Part shown: piece after piece, positions 1 to 11,810 of the stretch
How the letters are laid out: each line of letters opens with the position of its first letter
Position numbering within the stretch: position 1 is the stretch's first letter
Source of the DNA: Setoptus koraiensis
Lineage: Eukaryota > Animalia > Arthropoda
Direction: 5' to 3'
Assembly (NCBI GenBank): GCA_048013815.1
Contig: CM106585.1
Location: forward strand, 13,020,001-13,084,000
DNA: 64,000 nucleotides
Made by a program: the position numbers and the translations under genes
The notes under the pieces: generated by a model
Told to the model about the DNA's origin: nothing
The model's database searches: none
Seen by the model: only the letters and a program-made list of their open reading frames with translations

Positions 1-492
1 CTCTGCTCATACAGTTATGCAATGTGTCTCACTGGTACTATTATTTAAATTCAACTTGTGTGTTGGTGCAACTCAATTAGGTGATTAGCGAGCTCATGGG
101 CAGTTCAGTTCATTGCTTTTGCCCAAGGTCAAGCCCGGTTCATCTGTGAATATCCACAACGATGAATAGATCTGGTTGGTTGATGCTGCCGGCCAGATCA
201 AGCACCGTCGCTAACTGAAACAGTGTATCCGAGCGTGAATATCAGAACTGAACTTGAATTGCTGTTGCTAATGCTGTTATAAATTAGGTTAGGCCGTTGC
301 GCAACGTGAGCTGCTGTTGTGAGCATTTTCAGACGCCACTATAACCGCTTCAAGGGAGATCCGCCAGAGGCGCACAAAGATGAGCAGCAAAACGCAGACA
401 GCGTTTCAATAAATGCGTGTGTGTTGGGGGGCCCCCCTTTTGATCACTTGACCTCGATGTTGTGGCGCCAATTGTCGAGCTGGCACTCTCAC

Positions 493-575
493 CGCTTGCA
501 GAAGCAGGCGTAGAGCAGCGCCGCCCTGTCGGCGAATCGCTTGAAGCAGGTTCGGGTGGGGACACACGGGCAAAG
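493..575 (-). CDS. Candidate next exon of the giant-exon gene (FARVSPPEPASSDSPTGRRCSTPASAS)
   Basis: Acceptor CTGTCAG| at 576/575 and donor G|GTGAGA at 493/492; phase matches the phase-2 donor at 1042. It could instead run on to the stop at 350. Confidence 0.35.
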
Positions 576-1041
576 CTGACAGCGTAAATATTTATGTATT
601 ACATAATATGTAATAGTAGTGGACGTAATTGAGTGCTCTAGATTGTTGCAGCACACAAATGATGGGCAGACACTCCAAACCGGCTAACTCATTGCGTCAG
701 CCTCATGGCCGGCCACTCAAGCCGAGAGCCCGAAGTGGGTTTGTTAGTGGGGCCGGCAATTATTAGCAGTAATTATGTTTGCGATAGTCGCATGTGTCGC
801 CGTGAGTGTCGCACCAAGCGATTTGTCTAATCTATTTATGGCAAATTTCTTATTATTGTGAGTTATTATTGCCAGTTATCATTATGAGTTATTATTGCAA
901 GTTATCATCATTATGAGCTGTTATTGTGGCTGACTGGCGAGCTCGACGCGAGCCAGAGCGCAAGCACAAAAAAAAGTCAGCCGCTGATCTGAAATTTGAC
1001 AGCCAGAGATTAGGGAGAGATTGTGTGTTTGGGCGACTCAC

Positions 1042-4000
1042 GTTTTGATTGTTTGCTCGTCAAACAGCTGATGGCTGCTAGCTTGATGATGCAAATTGAA
1101 CTGGTGGCGATGATGATGACGAACACGATGATAATTGGTCAGATCTAGCGACGACAATGACAGGTGATTGGAGGCCTGATCGGCCAGTGTCGTTCTTAGG
1201 CCCTTGAGAGTTTTTTGGTGGGCGCCAATTGTCAGTTGTTGTTGTTGTTTGCACGTGTCTTGACTGTCACCGCCGATTGTTGTTGGCTGCTGTTGCTGGC
1301 TTGCCACTAATGCACCGGCCAGCGACCGCTGCTGTTTCAGCTGGGCCCTGTTGCTGCTGTAAACAGTGGCCAGATCTTGTTGATTGTCGCCGGTTGTTGC
1401 TTGCTGGTTGTTGTTGTTGCTGCTGCTGCCCGATGACATGCCGATGAGAGGCGTCAGTGACACTTGTTGTCGAAGTTTCAATTTTTTACTGATGCCACCG
1501 GCTGCAATTTGCAATTTGCCCGGCGACATTGGGGCACTTATTTGCGCACTTATGCACGCTGGCTGCTGTTGTTGCTGATGATGATGATATTGTTGTTGTT
1601 GTTGCTGTTGTTGTTGCTGTTGTTGATCGCGCCACGGAGTGGCGCTGCCACAGGCGGCACCCGAGACCGCAAGACGACGCCTATGAGTGAATTTTTGATT
1701 TGGCTCGTCGCCACAAATTGCAGCCGACATGCCGGCCGGCATTCGCTGGCTGTCAGCCGGCGAGCCAATCGAGGCCGACAGCTCGCCGGCGCGGCCCACC
1801 GACAGCTGAGCGCCACTGTCGCTGGGTCGCGTACTCTGGCGCGTCAACACACGGGCCGGTTGGCATGACGCAAGCGACAATTGCGAGCCGCCACGTTCTA
1901 GCGCCGCACTGTTGCCGCCGGCGCAAACAAAATCGGGCTCGCTGTCGCTGTCAACTTGGTCACCCGGCGTGTCGCCATACTCTGACAGCATCATCAGCTG
2001 TTCGTCGTCTAGCTCCAGCTCGAGCTGGTCGTCGTCGTGCGACGCCCCCGCGCTGGGCCCCAGCAGCCGCTTGCCGGCCAGCGTATGCAACGCTGTGCCG
2101 CTGGCCGCATCGGACAAGCGAATCACCTCCACACTGGACGATTTGAATTTGGCCAACAAACCCAGCTGATTGTTGTTGGCACCGGCGAGCCTCTTGGGTG
2201 ACAGCAGCTGACTGATGGACTCACACGATTCACTTGTTGAGCCGCTATCGTCGTCGTCTTCGTCGTCGTCGTCGTCGTCGTCCTCGCACATGGACTCGTC
2301 GTCGTGCTCGTCTGCGTCATCCTCGCCAATTGCGTCATTGGCGTCTTGGCTGTTTCCGGTCAGGGGCGCAGCGCTTGTTGGCGCCAATTGTAGCGAGTTG
2401 CTCTTTGAGAATGGCCACAACGAATGGGCCGAGTTGCTCATCGATTGTACGTCGTCGGCGTCGTTCATTCGCTCGGGCGAGCTTCGCCGGCTCGCCGTAG
2501 AGGCGCTAGATTGATTGGTGAGCGACGAGGCGGTCGACAGCAGCGACAACATCGACGACACTATTTCTGTCGCTGTCGACCTGCTTTGCTGTTTTGTTGC
2601 GGTCGTTTCTTCTGTTGTTGTTGTTGCGGTGCGAGTTGTTGCTGTTGTTGTCGCTGTTGCCGCTGTCACTGCTGGCTTCGTTTGTTGGTGCGCGTGCTTG
2701 CTGGTGAGAGAACCCGCCGAATTGCACGAGTTCAACAGCTGATGCTGATGGTGATAATCGAAGGTCAATCTGGGCGAGCTGCGACTCGTTTTGAGATACT
2801 TCAGCTGCGTTTGTTGCTCTCGGTACTGGCTGGCGCTGTCTTGCTGGCCGCAAGATGCCCGCTGAGCCGGCCCGTCGCCCGACTGGCCGCACAAATCGCC
2901 GGCCTGATCGTTGTCGTGGGGCCTCGCCATTGGCGCGCCCAAACTTGCACGATCGGCGCTGGCGCGATCGTCGTTGCTGGCCGATCTAATTGCGATTGTT
3001 GTGCGCTTCACTTGCTTGTTGTTGGCGTGACTGCTTTTGGCGCCTCTGGCGCCGGTGCTGGTCACTATCAAGTCGGCCATGGTTGTGTATTGTCGCTGTT
3101 GTTTTGCTTTTTTGCTGCCGCTGCGCCCGCTTCGCTGTCGCTGGCACGCGCTCGCTGGCACACTTTGTTGCGAATCGGCACACTTGTGCTCACCTGTTGT
3201 TGGCAGCGCCGCCTCCTGGCTGCTGCCGCCGCCGCCCCCGCCACCGCCTCGACAGCTGACAAATTGACAGCTAGACTGACAGCTAGACTGACAGCTGGAG
3301 TATTGCCTGGGCAACAGCTTGAACGCAGCAGCTGACGAGGGCGACGACGACAGCGACACGCTAGGCGACAGCAGCTTCGGGCCGCTCGTGGAGCGCTCAA
3401 AAGAGGGCGCCTTTCTGGGCCCCTTCCTGTTCTTGTTGCTGTTGATGGCGGCTGCGTCGTCACTGTCGTCGGCCGTCAGCTGTTGTCGCGCACCAACAGC
3501 TTGACAGCAAGCGCTCGTTTGTTCGTTTGCTGCGTTCGCCTGTTGTTTTGTTTGGCTTGATGTTGTTCGCTCACTTCCGGTACCGGCTGTTATTTCTCTC
3601 ATTTTCACCGATGCTGCCGTCATCTCGTTATGATGACGCTGATGCTGGCTCGGCGGCCGATGGGGCCCCAACTGACCGGAAAGGGTTTTCTTGAGCGGCA
3701 CTTCGGCGCTCTGGCCACAGTCGCTCATTTGCATACCGGCGCCGGGCCCGTGGTTGGCGTCCGCGCTGCTGAGCGAGGCCATCGATTTGTGTTTGGCCAG
3801 CGAGGCCGCAGTGAGCCGATAATTGTGCTGCGACGGGGGGGCCGGCGCATGTTGTTGCCGGTGAGCAGACTTGATGTCTTTGTGGGACTGGTTGAGGATC
3901 TGCTCGTTTTTTATCAATTGGCACAACTGATAGCGACGCTGACAATGAACGCAGCCCATCTGATAGTACTCCATCAGTGTCTCGAGCAGTGCTGACATCA

Positions 4001-7000
4001 ACTGTTGGCTTTGCTCGTCGTCGTCGTCGTCGTCGTTGCTGTTGTTGTTGCTGTCGTCAACTGTTGCCGACTGTTGCATAACGTTGAGCCATTGCGAAAA
4101 CTCGTACTGGTAATAGTTGTAAAACAACAGTTGATGGTCGCCGTGGATGCCGTCGGAGGTGGCGCCCCCGCCGCTCGCTAGATACACGTTGAGATCGTCG
4201 TCGTTGAACGACATGCTGTTCTTGCTCACTTTGCGCTTGTTGGTGTCCTGTTGTTGTAGTTGTTTTTTAGACAATTTGTTGCTGCTGTTGCTGTTGTTGT
4301 TGTTGGACAATTTGCTGTGCGCTGATTTATTGGCGGCCAAGTGCTGCTGGGAGCCTACTACTGTGCCGTCGGGCATGCTTTCTAACTGTTCCGTGGACGA
4401 GCCGTTATTAGCGTCCGCTAGGGACAACAGAGAAAAGGTTGATTGTTGCTGTTCCATGCTCATACTTTTTATTTTGGTTGCCAAAAAACCGGAAGTGCCC
4501 GTCAATCTACTATTGAGTCCCGACATGAACGAACGTCTGCTGCTGCTGTTGCTACTGGCGTGATTGTTGCTGTTGTTGTGGTTGCTGTTGTTGTTGTTGT
4601 TGTTGGCAGCAGCGACCGCGAGCGCATTTCCGGTGTTGCACACACTCGACGAATCGTGCATAATTAATTTAAACTTGTCAATGTCATCCAATGACAATTG
4701 CGAGCGACATTGCGACGTCTTGCGCCACTGCTTGTTCACGGCCAATTGCGCCGTTGCTGGCGCCTTGTCGTGGGGCTCCTTCACGTTCATGTGCACGTCC
4801 TTCGAGTGCGATTTATTCAGTTTTGGCCTGTTCCTCTTGCCCGTTGTCGCTGTCGTTGTTGTTGTTGTTGTTGTGTAATCGCGATGCGGACTTAAAAGGT
4901 GCTTGTTCTGTGGCTGTTGTTGTTGTTGTTGCTGCTGTCGCTGTTGTTTCTGTTGCTGGATGGCGTTGCCGATGGTGAGAAATTGGTTGGAATAATCGAG
5001 CTCGTCCAACTCTTTGTCTGTCAGCAGCAGCGACTTGAACTGAAACCTGATGCCGCCCTGGCGGTCGCTGTCCTCGACCGTGCGAGCAAACGATTTTCGG
5101 CGTCCGCTCAGCGCCGACGACGAGCCAATTAGTTGCTTGCCGTTGTCGTCAGATTGCTTGTTGGCGGATATCTCCAGTTGGCCGGAGCTTGTCGGCCAAT
5201 TGGCGTCGTTGAGCTCGCCGTCGGCTCGGTCGTCATTAGCGGTCGGCTTGTCATCACAGACAAAAATACTGAAATCATTATCACCAATTAGAGCGGCATC
5301 GGGCCGGTGCCGGTCGTCTGGCGGGCCGCACTCATTGAGCGGGCGGCCGCCCAATTGCGCCCGGTCATCCGCGTCACTGTCACGGGTGCTGATGCTGGGC
5401 ACCAATGGCGCACTTGTCACATGATGCATGTCAGCTGACGGTCGCGGCTGACAGGTCGCACTGTCGATACATTTGTCATTTGTGTCTCTATGAGCGTCTG
5501 GTGTGTTTGCGGACACATCAGGCGGCCACTCGTCGACACACAAGCGGCCGCCGCTGTCATTGGGGCGCCGCCGACCGGCACTTCCGGTGGAGGCAGTGTC
5601 AATTGTTGGCGGCTCGGACAACTGAGCGGCCGGGACACGCTTGTCGCATTTGTTGTGGCCTGTTGTCGGGCCCAATTGAATGGCTGGAATGAGCGCCGGC
5701 CTGTTGACCGGACTGGTGCTGTCAGTGGGCGCATCGTCTTGCTCGGCCGGCAGTGGCGCCACCAGCAGCGAGCTCTCGCGTTTCAGCGGGGCCCGTTGGC
5801 GAGTCGGCGGGGCCAGCAGCGTGGAGCGATGCCGCTGGTCGCTAATTGGCGCCGCGTCCCGCTCTCTCGTCGCGGATGCGCTAACTGAATTAGAGCCGCT
5901 CGGGCCGGCCGGCTGAGTAACAACTAATTGATGGATGGACTGCTCATTGTCGCTTGTCGGCTGCCGGCATCGGTCCAGACGCTGCTGCTGCTGCTGTTGT
6001 TGTTTGGGCTCAGCAATGCCACACATCGGCCCGTCACGCGGCCTCACTGACAACTGGGGCGCCGCCGACTCGCCATGAATGGCGGCGCCCGAGTGGCGAG
6101 ATAATAAGACATTATTATTATCATTGTTATTGCTAAGCGAATTGGCGCACTCGATTGTTTTGTCTTTTGCAAATCGCTCACGCGCTTTGTCACGCTCGCT
6201 GGCCGCGGGCCCGCTGGCCGGCGGATCATGGGGCCTGCCAGTGGCGCAAGTCAAGTGATTGATATCGTGGCGCTGGCGAGGCATGCAGTTGCACGCGGCT
6301 GTTTGCCGGTTGTTGCTGTTGTTGTCGGTGTTGTTGTTGTTGGCGCTGTTGTTGTTGTTGTCGGTGCGCGGTGTCGCATCGTCGTCGCGACGACAATTGT
6401 GTTTGTGCGTCAATAATTGATGACGTCGTTCCAGCTCATGACAGGCACCCACACCGCAGCTAGCGTGTCCGTGCTGCGGCCGGGTCGCGCCATCGGCGCT
6501 GTCTCTGTGTCTAATTGTGTCTGCGCGCGGCTCGGTCATCGCGGGATTAATCACATCGGTGGCGCCGCCGCGGCGGATATTTGGCGCATTGTCTCCAATT
6601 GTCGTTGTTGGGGCCCGTGGTTGCTGTTGGTGCTGTTGATGCTGTTGTTGCTGTTGGTGCTGTTGTTGGTGCTGCTGTTGCGCCACTTGCGGCGACACAT
6701 CCAGCGACGAGCTTGCCACTTTGTGTCTGTGGCGCTGTCTGTGGCCTGTCTCATTATGGCCGGCACACGTCACAAGGCCATCGCGCAATGACCTAGATCT
6801 GGCGAGCGCATAGCGCTCCTTGTTTTGCATGATTGTCGTCTGTTGTGGGCGCTCGTCGGCCTGGCAGTTGCCGTTGGCGCGGTTGTTGCTGTTGCTGTTG
6901 CTGTTGTCGCTGTTGTGGTTGCTGGTGCGGTTGTTGGCGCGCCGGTTGGCAGTATCGGCGCACCGATACACTGTGCCTGTGCCTGTGACTGTTGTGCTTT

Positions 7001-10000
7001 GTGCCGTCTCGACGTGCACGGCCAGCTCAGAGGCCAGCTCAGAGGCCAGCCCTGAGGCCGGCCCGTGGTGCGCGCCCGCCAGACCGATGGCGCCGTTGGC
7101 ACAGAAAGTGTTGCATAACGACGAAGACGCGCACGAATTACACAAGTAACAGGAGCATGATTGACGATTGGCGGCGCCCGTCGCCCCCATAGATGCAAAC
7201 GACATCTCTGATCGGCTCCAGCGCTGTTTCATTAGCATCGGCATCTTGCTGGCTGTGGTGGCGCTGGCTGCTGCTGCAGCTGCAGCCGCCGCCGCTCTGG
7301 CATGGCCAGCGTAATGACGATGATAATAACGATTACGTAACAAAGAGCACACAGACGATGACGTGGACGACGTCGATGAGCCGGCGGATAGTGACGCCGA
7401 TGAGGCTGCCGACGAGCCCGATGATGGTGACGAGCCCGATGACGGCGACGACGACCATGGCAAGCCCTCGTGTGACACGCCATAATGTGACAGTGCGGAC
7501 AGCGAACGGGAGCACGAGTACAGTGACGACCATGACGACGAATAGAAGGCACACGCACCTGTTCGAAGCGAGCCAGCCTGAGATGAGGAGCAGGCCGATG
7601 TGGGCGTTGTTGCCGATAACGACGACAACGACGATGACAGCCACGATGACAGGTTCCCGGGGCAGTGTCGGGCCGGCCAAGTGGAAGAACAAGTGGCCAG
7701 CGAGCACACCGATCGGCTCATCAGCGCCGCGTGCTGAGTGTGCAGTGACCTATGGTGCGCCGGTGCACCCGTCAATGCAACCGACAAAGATGATGCAATC
7801 GGAATAACGGAAGAACAAATGTTGTCCGGCAGAGAGGAGTGCGCCGAAGAGCAGGTGCACAGTTGGGCCGCACATGGCGCGGGATGCGGCGCGGGCGCGG
7901 GCTCGGGCGTCCGCGTCGACGCTTGCGCCACTGGCGGCGGCAATGCAAAATTTAGCTCGCATGCAACTGGACAACAATGACAACTGTTCGCCGCTATCGA
8001 TTGTGGGCTTGTGTTTATTTCTTGTTCGTCTTCTTTCTTCTCGTCGCCGTCGTCGTCGTCGTCGTCGTCTTGTTTTGATCTGGCCGGAGCCGCTATTCTC
8101 ATCGTGCTCGCGCACGGCGACGCGCACAATTCCCCAGAACGGCAACACAAACCGGAAGCGCTGCCCAACGCTGCCCGCGCCTGCTGCGAACAAGATGCAG
8201 CCGCTAATGAGCACACACCGCTCGCGATGAGCTTGCCGCTGTTGTTGTCGTCGTCGTCGTCGTCGTCGTCGTCGTTGTTGTTGTTGCTGGTGTTGTTGTT
8301 GTTGCTGCTGGTGTTGTTGTTGTTGTCGTCGCTGTTGTTGTTGCACGACGCTGATGAGCCCTGGCGGCAGCAGCAGTCGCACTTGCCGCAACAACCGGCC
8401 AGCATTCGCAGGCCCGACTGCAGGCACGCGGACGGGCAGCTCGGCTTGCCGGGGTCGCAGAACGATGCAGATTGCGCCACTGCCGCCGCCGCCGATGACA
8501 ACAATAACGAGCCTCTATGCGCCGTTGTGGCTGTTGCAACGTCGTTGGTGTTATCGCCGCCGCCTAATGATGCTGCACTGTGCACATTATCACTTGTTTG
8601 TCGCTGCTTGTCGCACTGGTCACTAGGGGCGCCGCTCTCGATTTCATGATTAATTAATGAACGATCGGCCGCGTCGGCCCTCGGCGTGCAGCTCGGCGCC
8701 TTGCACGCGCAACTCGGCGCCTTGCACGCGCAACTCGTGCGCCGGCCGCTAATTGAAGCGGCCACTGGACGCTGGCAAGCGTTTAATTTTGATTCCCTGC
8801 TGCTCGTATCACATGTACACTGTTGCATGGTTGTTGCTGCTGTTGTTGCTGTCGTTGCTGTTGCTGCTGTCGCTGCTGTTGTCGCTGTTGTCGCTGTTGC
8901 TGCGGTTGTTGCTTGCGTCGGGGTTGCGCGCGGACGGACTCGATCTCTTGCTGAACATTTACAACAGTTGCCTCTATCACCCGCTCCACTTGTCGCTATG
9001 CGCCCCCGATGGTGGCGCTGCCTCGGCTGCTTGTGTCGGCCGCTATTGTTGTTGTTGGCATTGTTGTGCAATTCACTTATGCGCCGCGTTGCGGCCGTCG
9101 CTGTCTGATCGCTGTCGCCGCAACAATTAGCAATTCTACCTGTGAGCTGCCGCTGCTGTTGTTGTTCGTTCATTGGTGCCACTGCAACACTGACGCTCGG
9201 CTCATTAGTCTCATTAGTCGCATTAGTCGTTTGGTGGCCGCTTGCAACGGCGCTCACACAAGCCTCGCCGGCCAGTTCGTTAGCTTCTCTGGCTGAAATC
9301 TCTTTGTCGAGTCGCTCACTGTTTGCCAGCGCATACCTGGCTGTTTGGTGCTGGCCGCCTAATGATTGATTTTGTGGCTGTTGTGTCGCTTCATTGCACT
9401 CGCCAAGAATATTTTGCTGCTGCTGCTGCTTGGGGCCACAGATTGGCCGCCGGTTTGTTTCGTGGTGCACGGTTGCCGTTGTTGCGGTTGTTGTTTGAGC
9501 CACTTGCGGTGACTTTGCGTCACACTTGCGATAGTGGGCGCAATTTATGTTGTTGCTGCTGCTTATCAGGCACCGGCACGCGGAGGGAGAAAAAGTAAAA
9601 TGAGTTACAACATTACAACTGGTGCCATTATTACTATCGCCGTCATTATTATTATCACAATAAACTGTTTGCAATTTGTAGTTGTTTATATTGTTCGCGT
9701 TGTCGCTGTTGCTGCTGCCACTGCGGTAGTTGTTGCCGTTGTGGTTGTTGTTGTTGTTGTTGCTGCTGTGGTTGCTGTTGTCGGTGCAGTGGGCGCTGTC
9801 GGCAGGCCGATCGGGCTGTTTATAACCCTCATCAATGTGTCCTTCGCAGTCTGCTCCACATTTAATGGCCCCTCTAATGATATGATTATTATTATTATTA
9901 CTATTACTGGTGCAGCACTTGCAGTGGCCGCAGTGCTGCTGCTTGAGCTGTCGATGTTGCCGGTTGTGTTGTCGTCTTCTATTATCGTCTCGGTGCTGTT

Positions 10001-10361
10001 GTTGTTGTTGTTGCTGTTGTTGCTGTTGCAGCGGCCTCTTATTTGCTGGCTGTGTCTCACTCGATTTGTAACTAAACTCTAAATTGCATCGGCTCCCAGC
10101 GAGATTAGTGATGATGCCGCTGTCGCGTGGCCGCTGCTCTTCTGGTTGCCGCTCATTTAAGTGATGGCCATGAGTTGTTGTTGTTGTTGTTGTTGCTGCT
10201 GCTGCTGCTGTTTCGGCAACACATTTGCAAGATAAGTGTTGCCTGGCCACGGCTGTTGCCTGTTTGCTCGCTCTGGCGTGCTGAAACTCAACACTAATGG
10301 CCGAATGGTCATCGTCATCTAAATCATCTTGGCGTTGGCTCTGCTGCTGCTGCTGCCGCTG

Positions 10362-10393
<32 letters not shown>

Positions 10394-10742
10394 GGTGGCG
10401 GCGGCCGTGGTGGTGGTGGTGGTGGTGCACTCTCGAGCGAACTGGCGTCTCGCCACTGGCCACGTCTTGCCACGACTTACCAGCTCGTTGTCGATGCTCA
10501 ACAACTCTTTTACACTCTAATTTATGCGACTGAACACTTTGCAAGTTTGCGATGCTCCTCCAGCACACCGGCTCGGCACTGTGCTCTAAATTGGCCTCAC
10601 GGAAACACTTTGCGCCACCACTAGCGTCTATCCAATGGTCAATTGTTTTCTTGTCTTGTATTCTATTAATGTTGTAAATGCCACTACTGCTCGCAACTAC
10701 TTCTTGCCGCTTCTCATTATTGCCCGTGTGTTTTTCATCCAT
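1042..10742 (-). CDS. Giant (~9.7 kb) coding exon of an unknown low-complexity protein (poly-Q/N/D/T/H/S, Cys-rich patches); gene continues leftwards
   Basis: Open frame of ~3,230 codons without a stop. First ATG at 10742 (MDEKHTGN...) with an in-frame TAA just upstream. The frame ends at a canonical donor AAAAC|GTGAGT at 1042/1041 (phase 2), so the stop at 1038 is intronic. Repeat-poor protein-like islands at ~3865-4130 and ~4955-5045. No domain recognised. Confidence 0.7.
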
Positions 10743-11290
10743 CGACTTTGGCAAGTCCAAATGATATTATGATGATGCGCTACAGTTTTCTGCCGTTGCT
10801 CTTGTTGCCGTTGCTGCTTTCGCGGGGCTAATTCAACTTGTGCTCGTGTCGCCGATGTCTATTATACGTTTAATTCTGTTTTTTTTTCGCAGCTCACATC
10901 TTACCTGTGCCACTCAGGCGAGCTATTTCGCACAAGCTACAAAATCACTTTCTCTTGGATAATTTTTTGTTGCTCAACTGTACCTTCTCACTTGTCGCGT
11001 GTGTGGTGTGCGCGCCGGGAAATAATTGTTATTTTAATGGCCACCTAAACTATCAGTTGGCTTCGTTATGAGCTGCTATGCTGCACTGCGAATCACTGCA
11101 TCGCCGCCGGCCTCATTTCCAAGACGCAATTATTCAGTGATACTAACAGTGTGATTACACACACACACACACACATACAAGTACTATTACAATTGTACTG
11201 GCTAGTTTATATTGTGCTACATGCTGCTGTTGCTGCTGTGCTGTAGTTGCTGGTAACTTATCTACACCAATTGATCGCTATATACAGTGG

Positions 11291-11355
11291 CTACATAAGA
11301 AGAAAGAGAAAAACACGTCTTCCAAGGAGCGCCTTCCCACCAGAGAAAAACTCAC
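11291..11355 (-). other. Probable 65-nt 5'-UTR intron of the giant-exon gene
   Basis: Minus strand reads AA|GTGAGT...TTTTTCTCTTTCTTCTTATGTAG|, a strong donor plus a long pyrimidine tract. A second strong donor CACAG|GTAAGA lies at 10905/10904. Confidence 0.35.
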
Positions 11356-11810
11356 TTGATAAATTGATATAAGAAACTTGTTTGCAGCAACGAAAGACGA
11401 CTGATACTAGATTACACTGAAAGCTCTCTTATCGTCGTAGTCGCAAACGAACAATACTCGCCTCAAGCCCTCTATGGAGAATGCGCAATGTCGCTAGGTG
11501 ACGCGCAGCGCCAACGCAATAACGGTCTACACATGGGCACTAGGTGGGCATTACATGGATGCTAGATGAGTGGATAGAAGCAGTTTGGCAGCAGTCAAAT
11601 ATTGAACAAGTCAACAAAATTGTATAAAAAAACAAGCTGGGCTACTCGGCACACTATGCAAGCCAAGTTGGTTTATGTTAACAAAAAGATATGGACGTTA
11701 CAAAATTTTTCAAAAAAAAAATCATTCACATGTTGTGTGTACAGTAGTTTTTTCATTAGCGGCTAGTAAAAATTAAATCCATTTGGTGCCTGTGGGTGTC
11801 GGTGACATCA

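Noticed and set aside
284-293. TTAGGTTAGG (arthropod telomeric repeat / telomerase-template-like)
   Set aside because: Only two units; expected by chance in 64 kb; no Pol III promoter or structure seen.
1229-10533. Dozens of plus-strand and alternate-frame ORFs overlapping the giant exon (poly-L/V/C/S translations)
   Set aside because: These are shadows of CAA/AAC/GAC repeats, which lack stops in several frames; no domain content.
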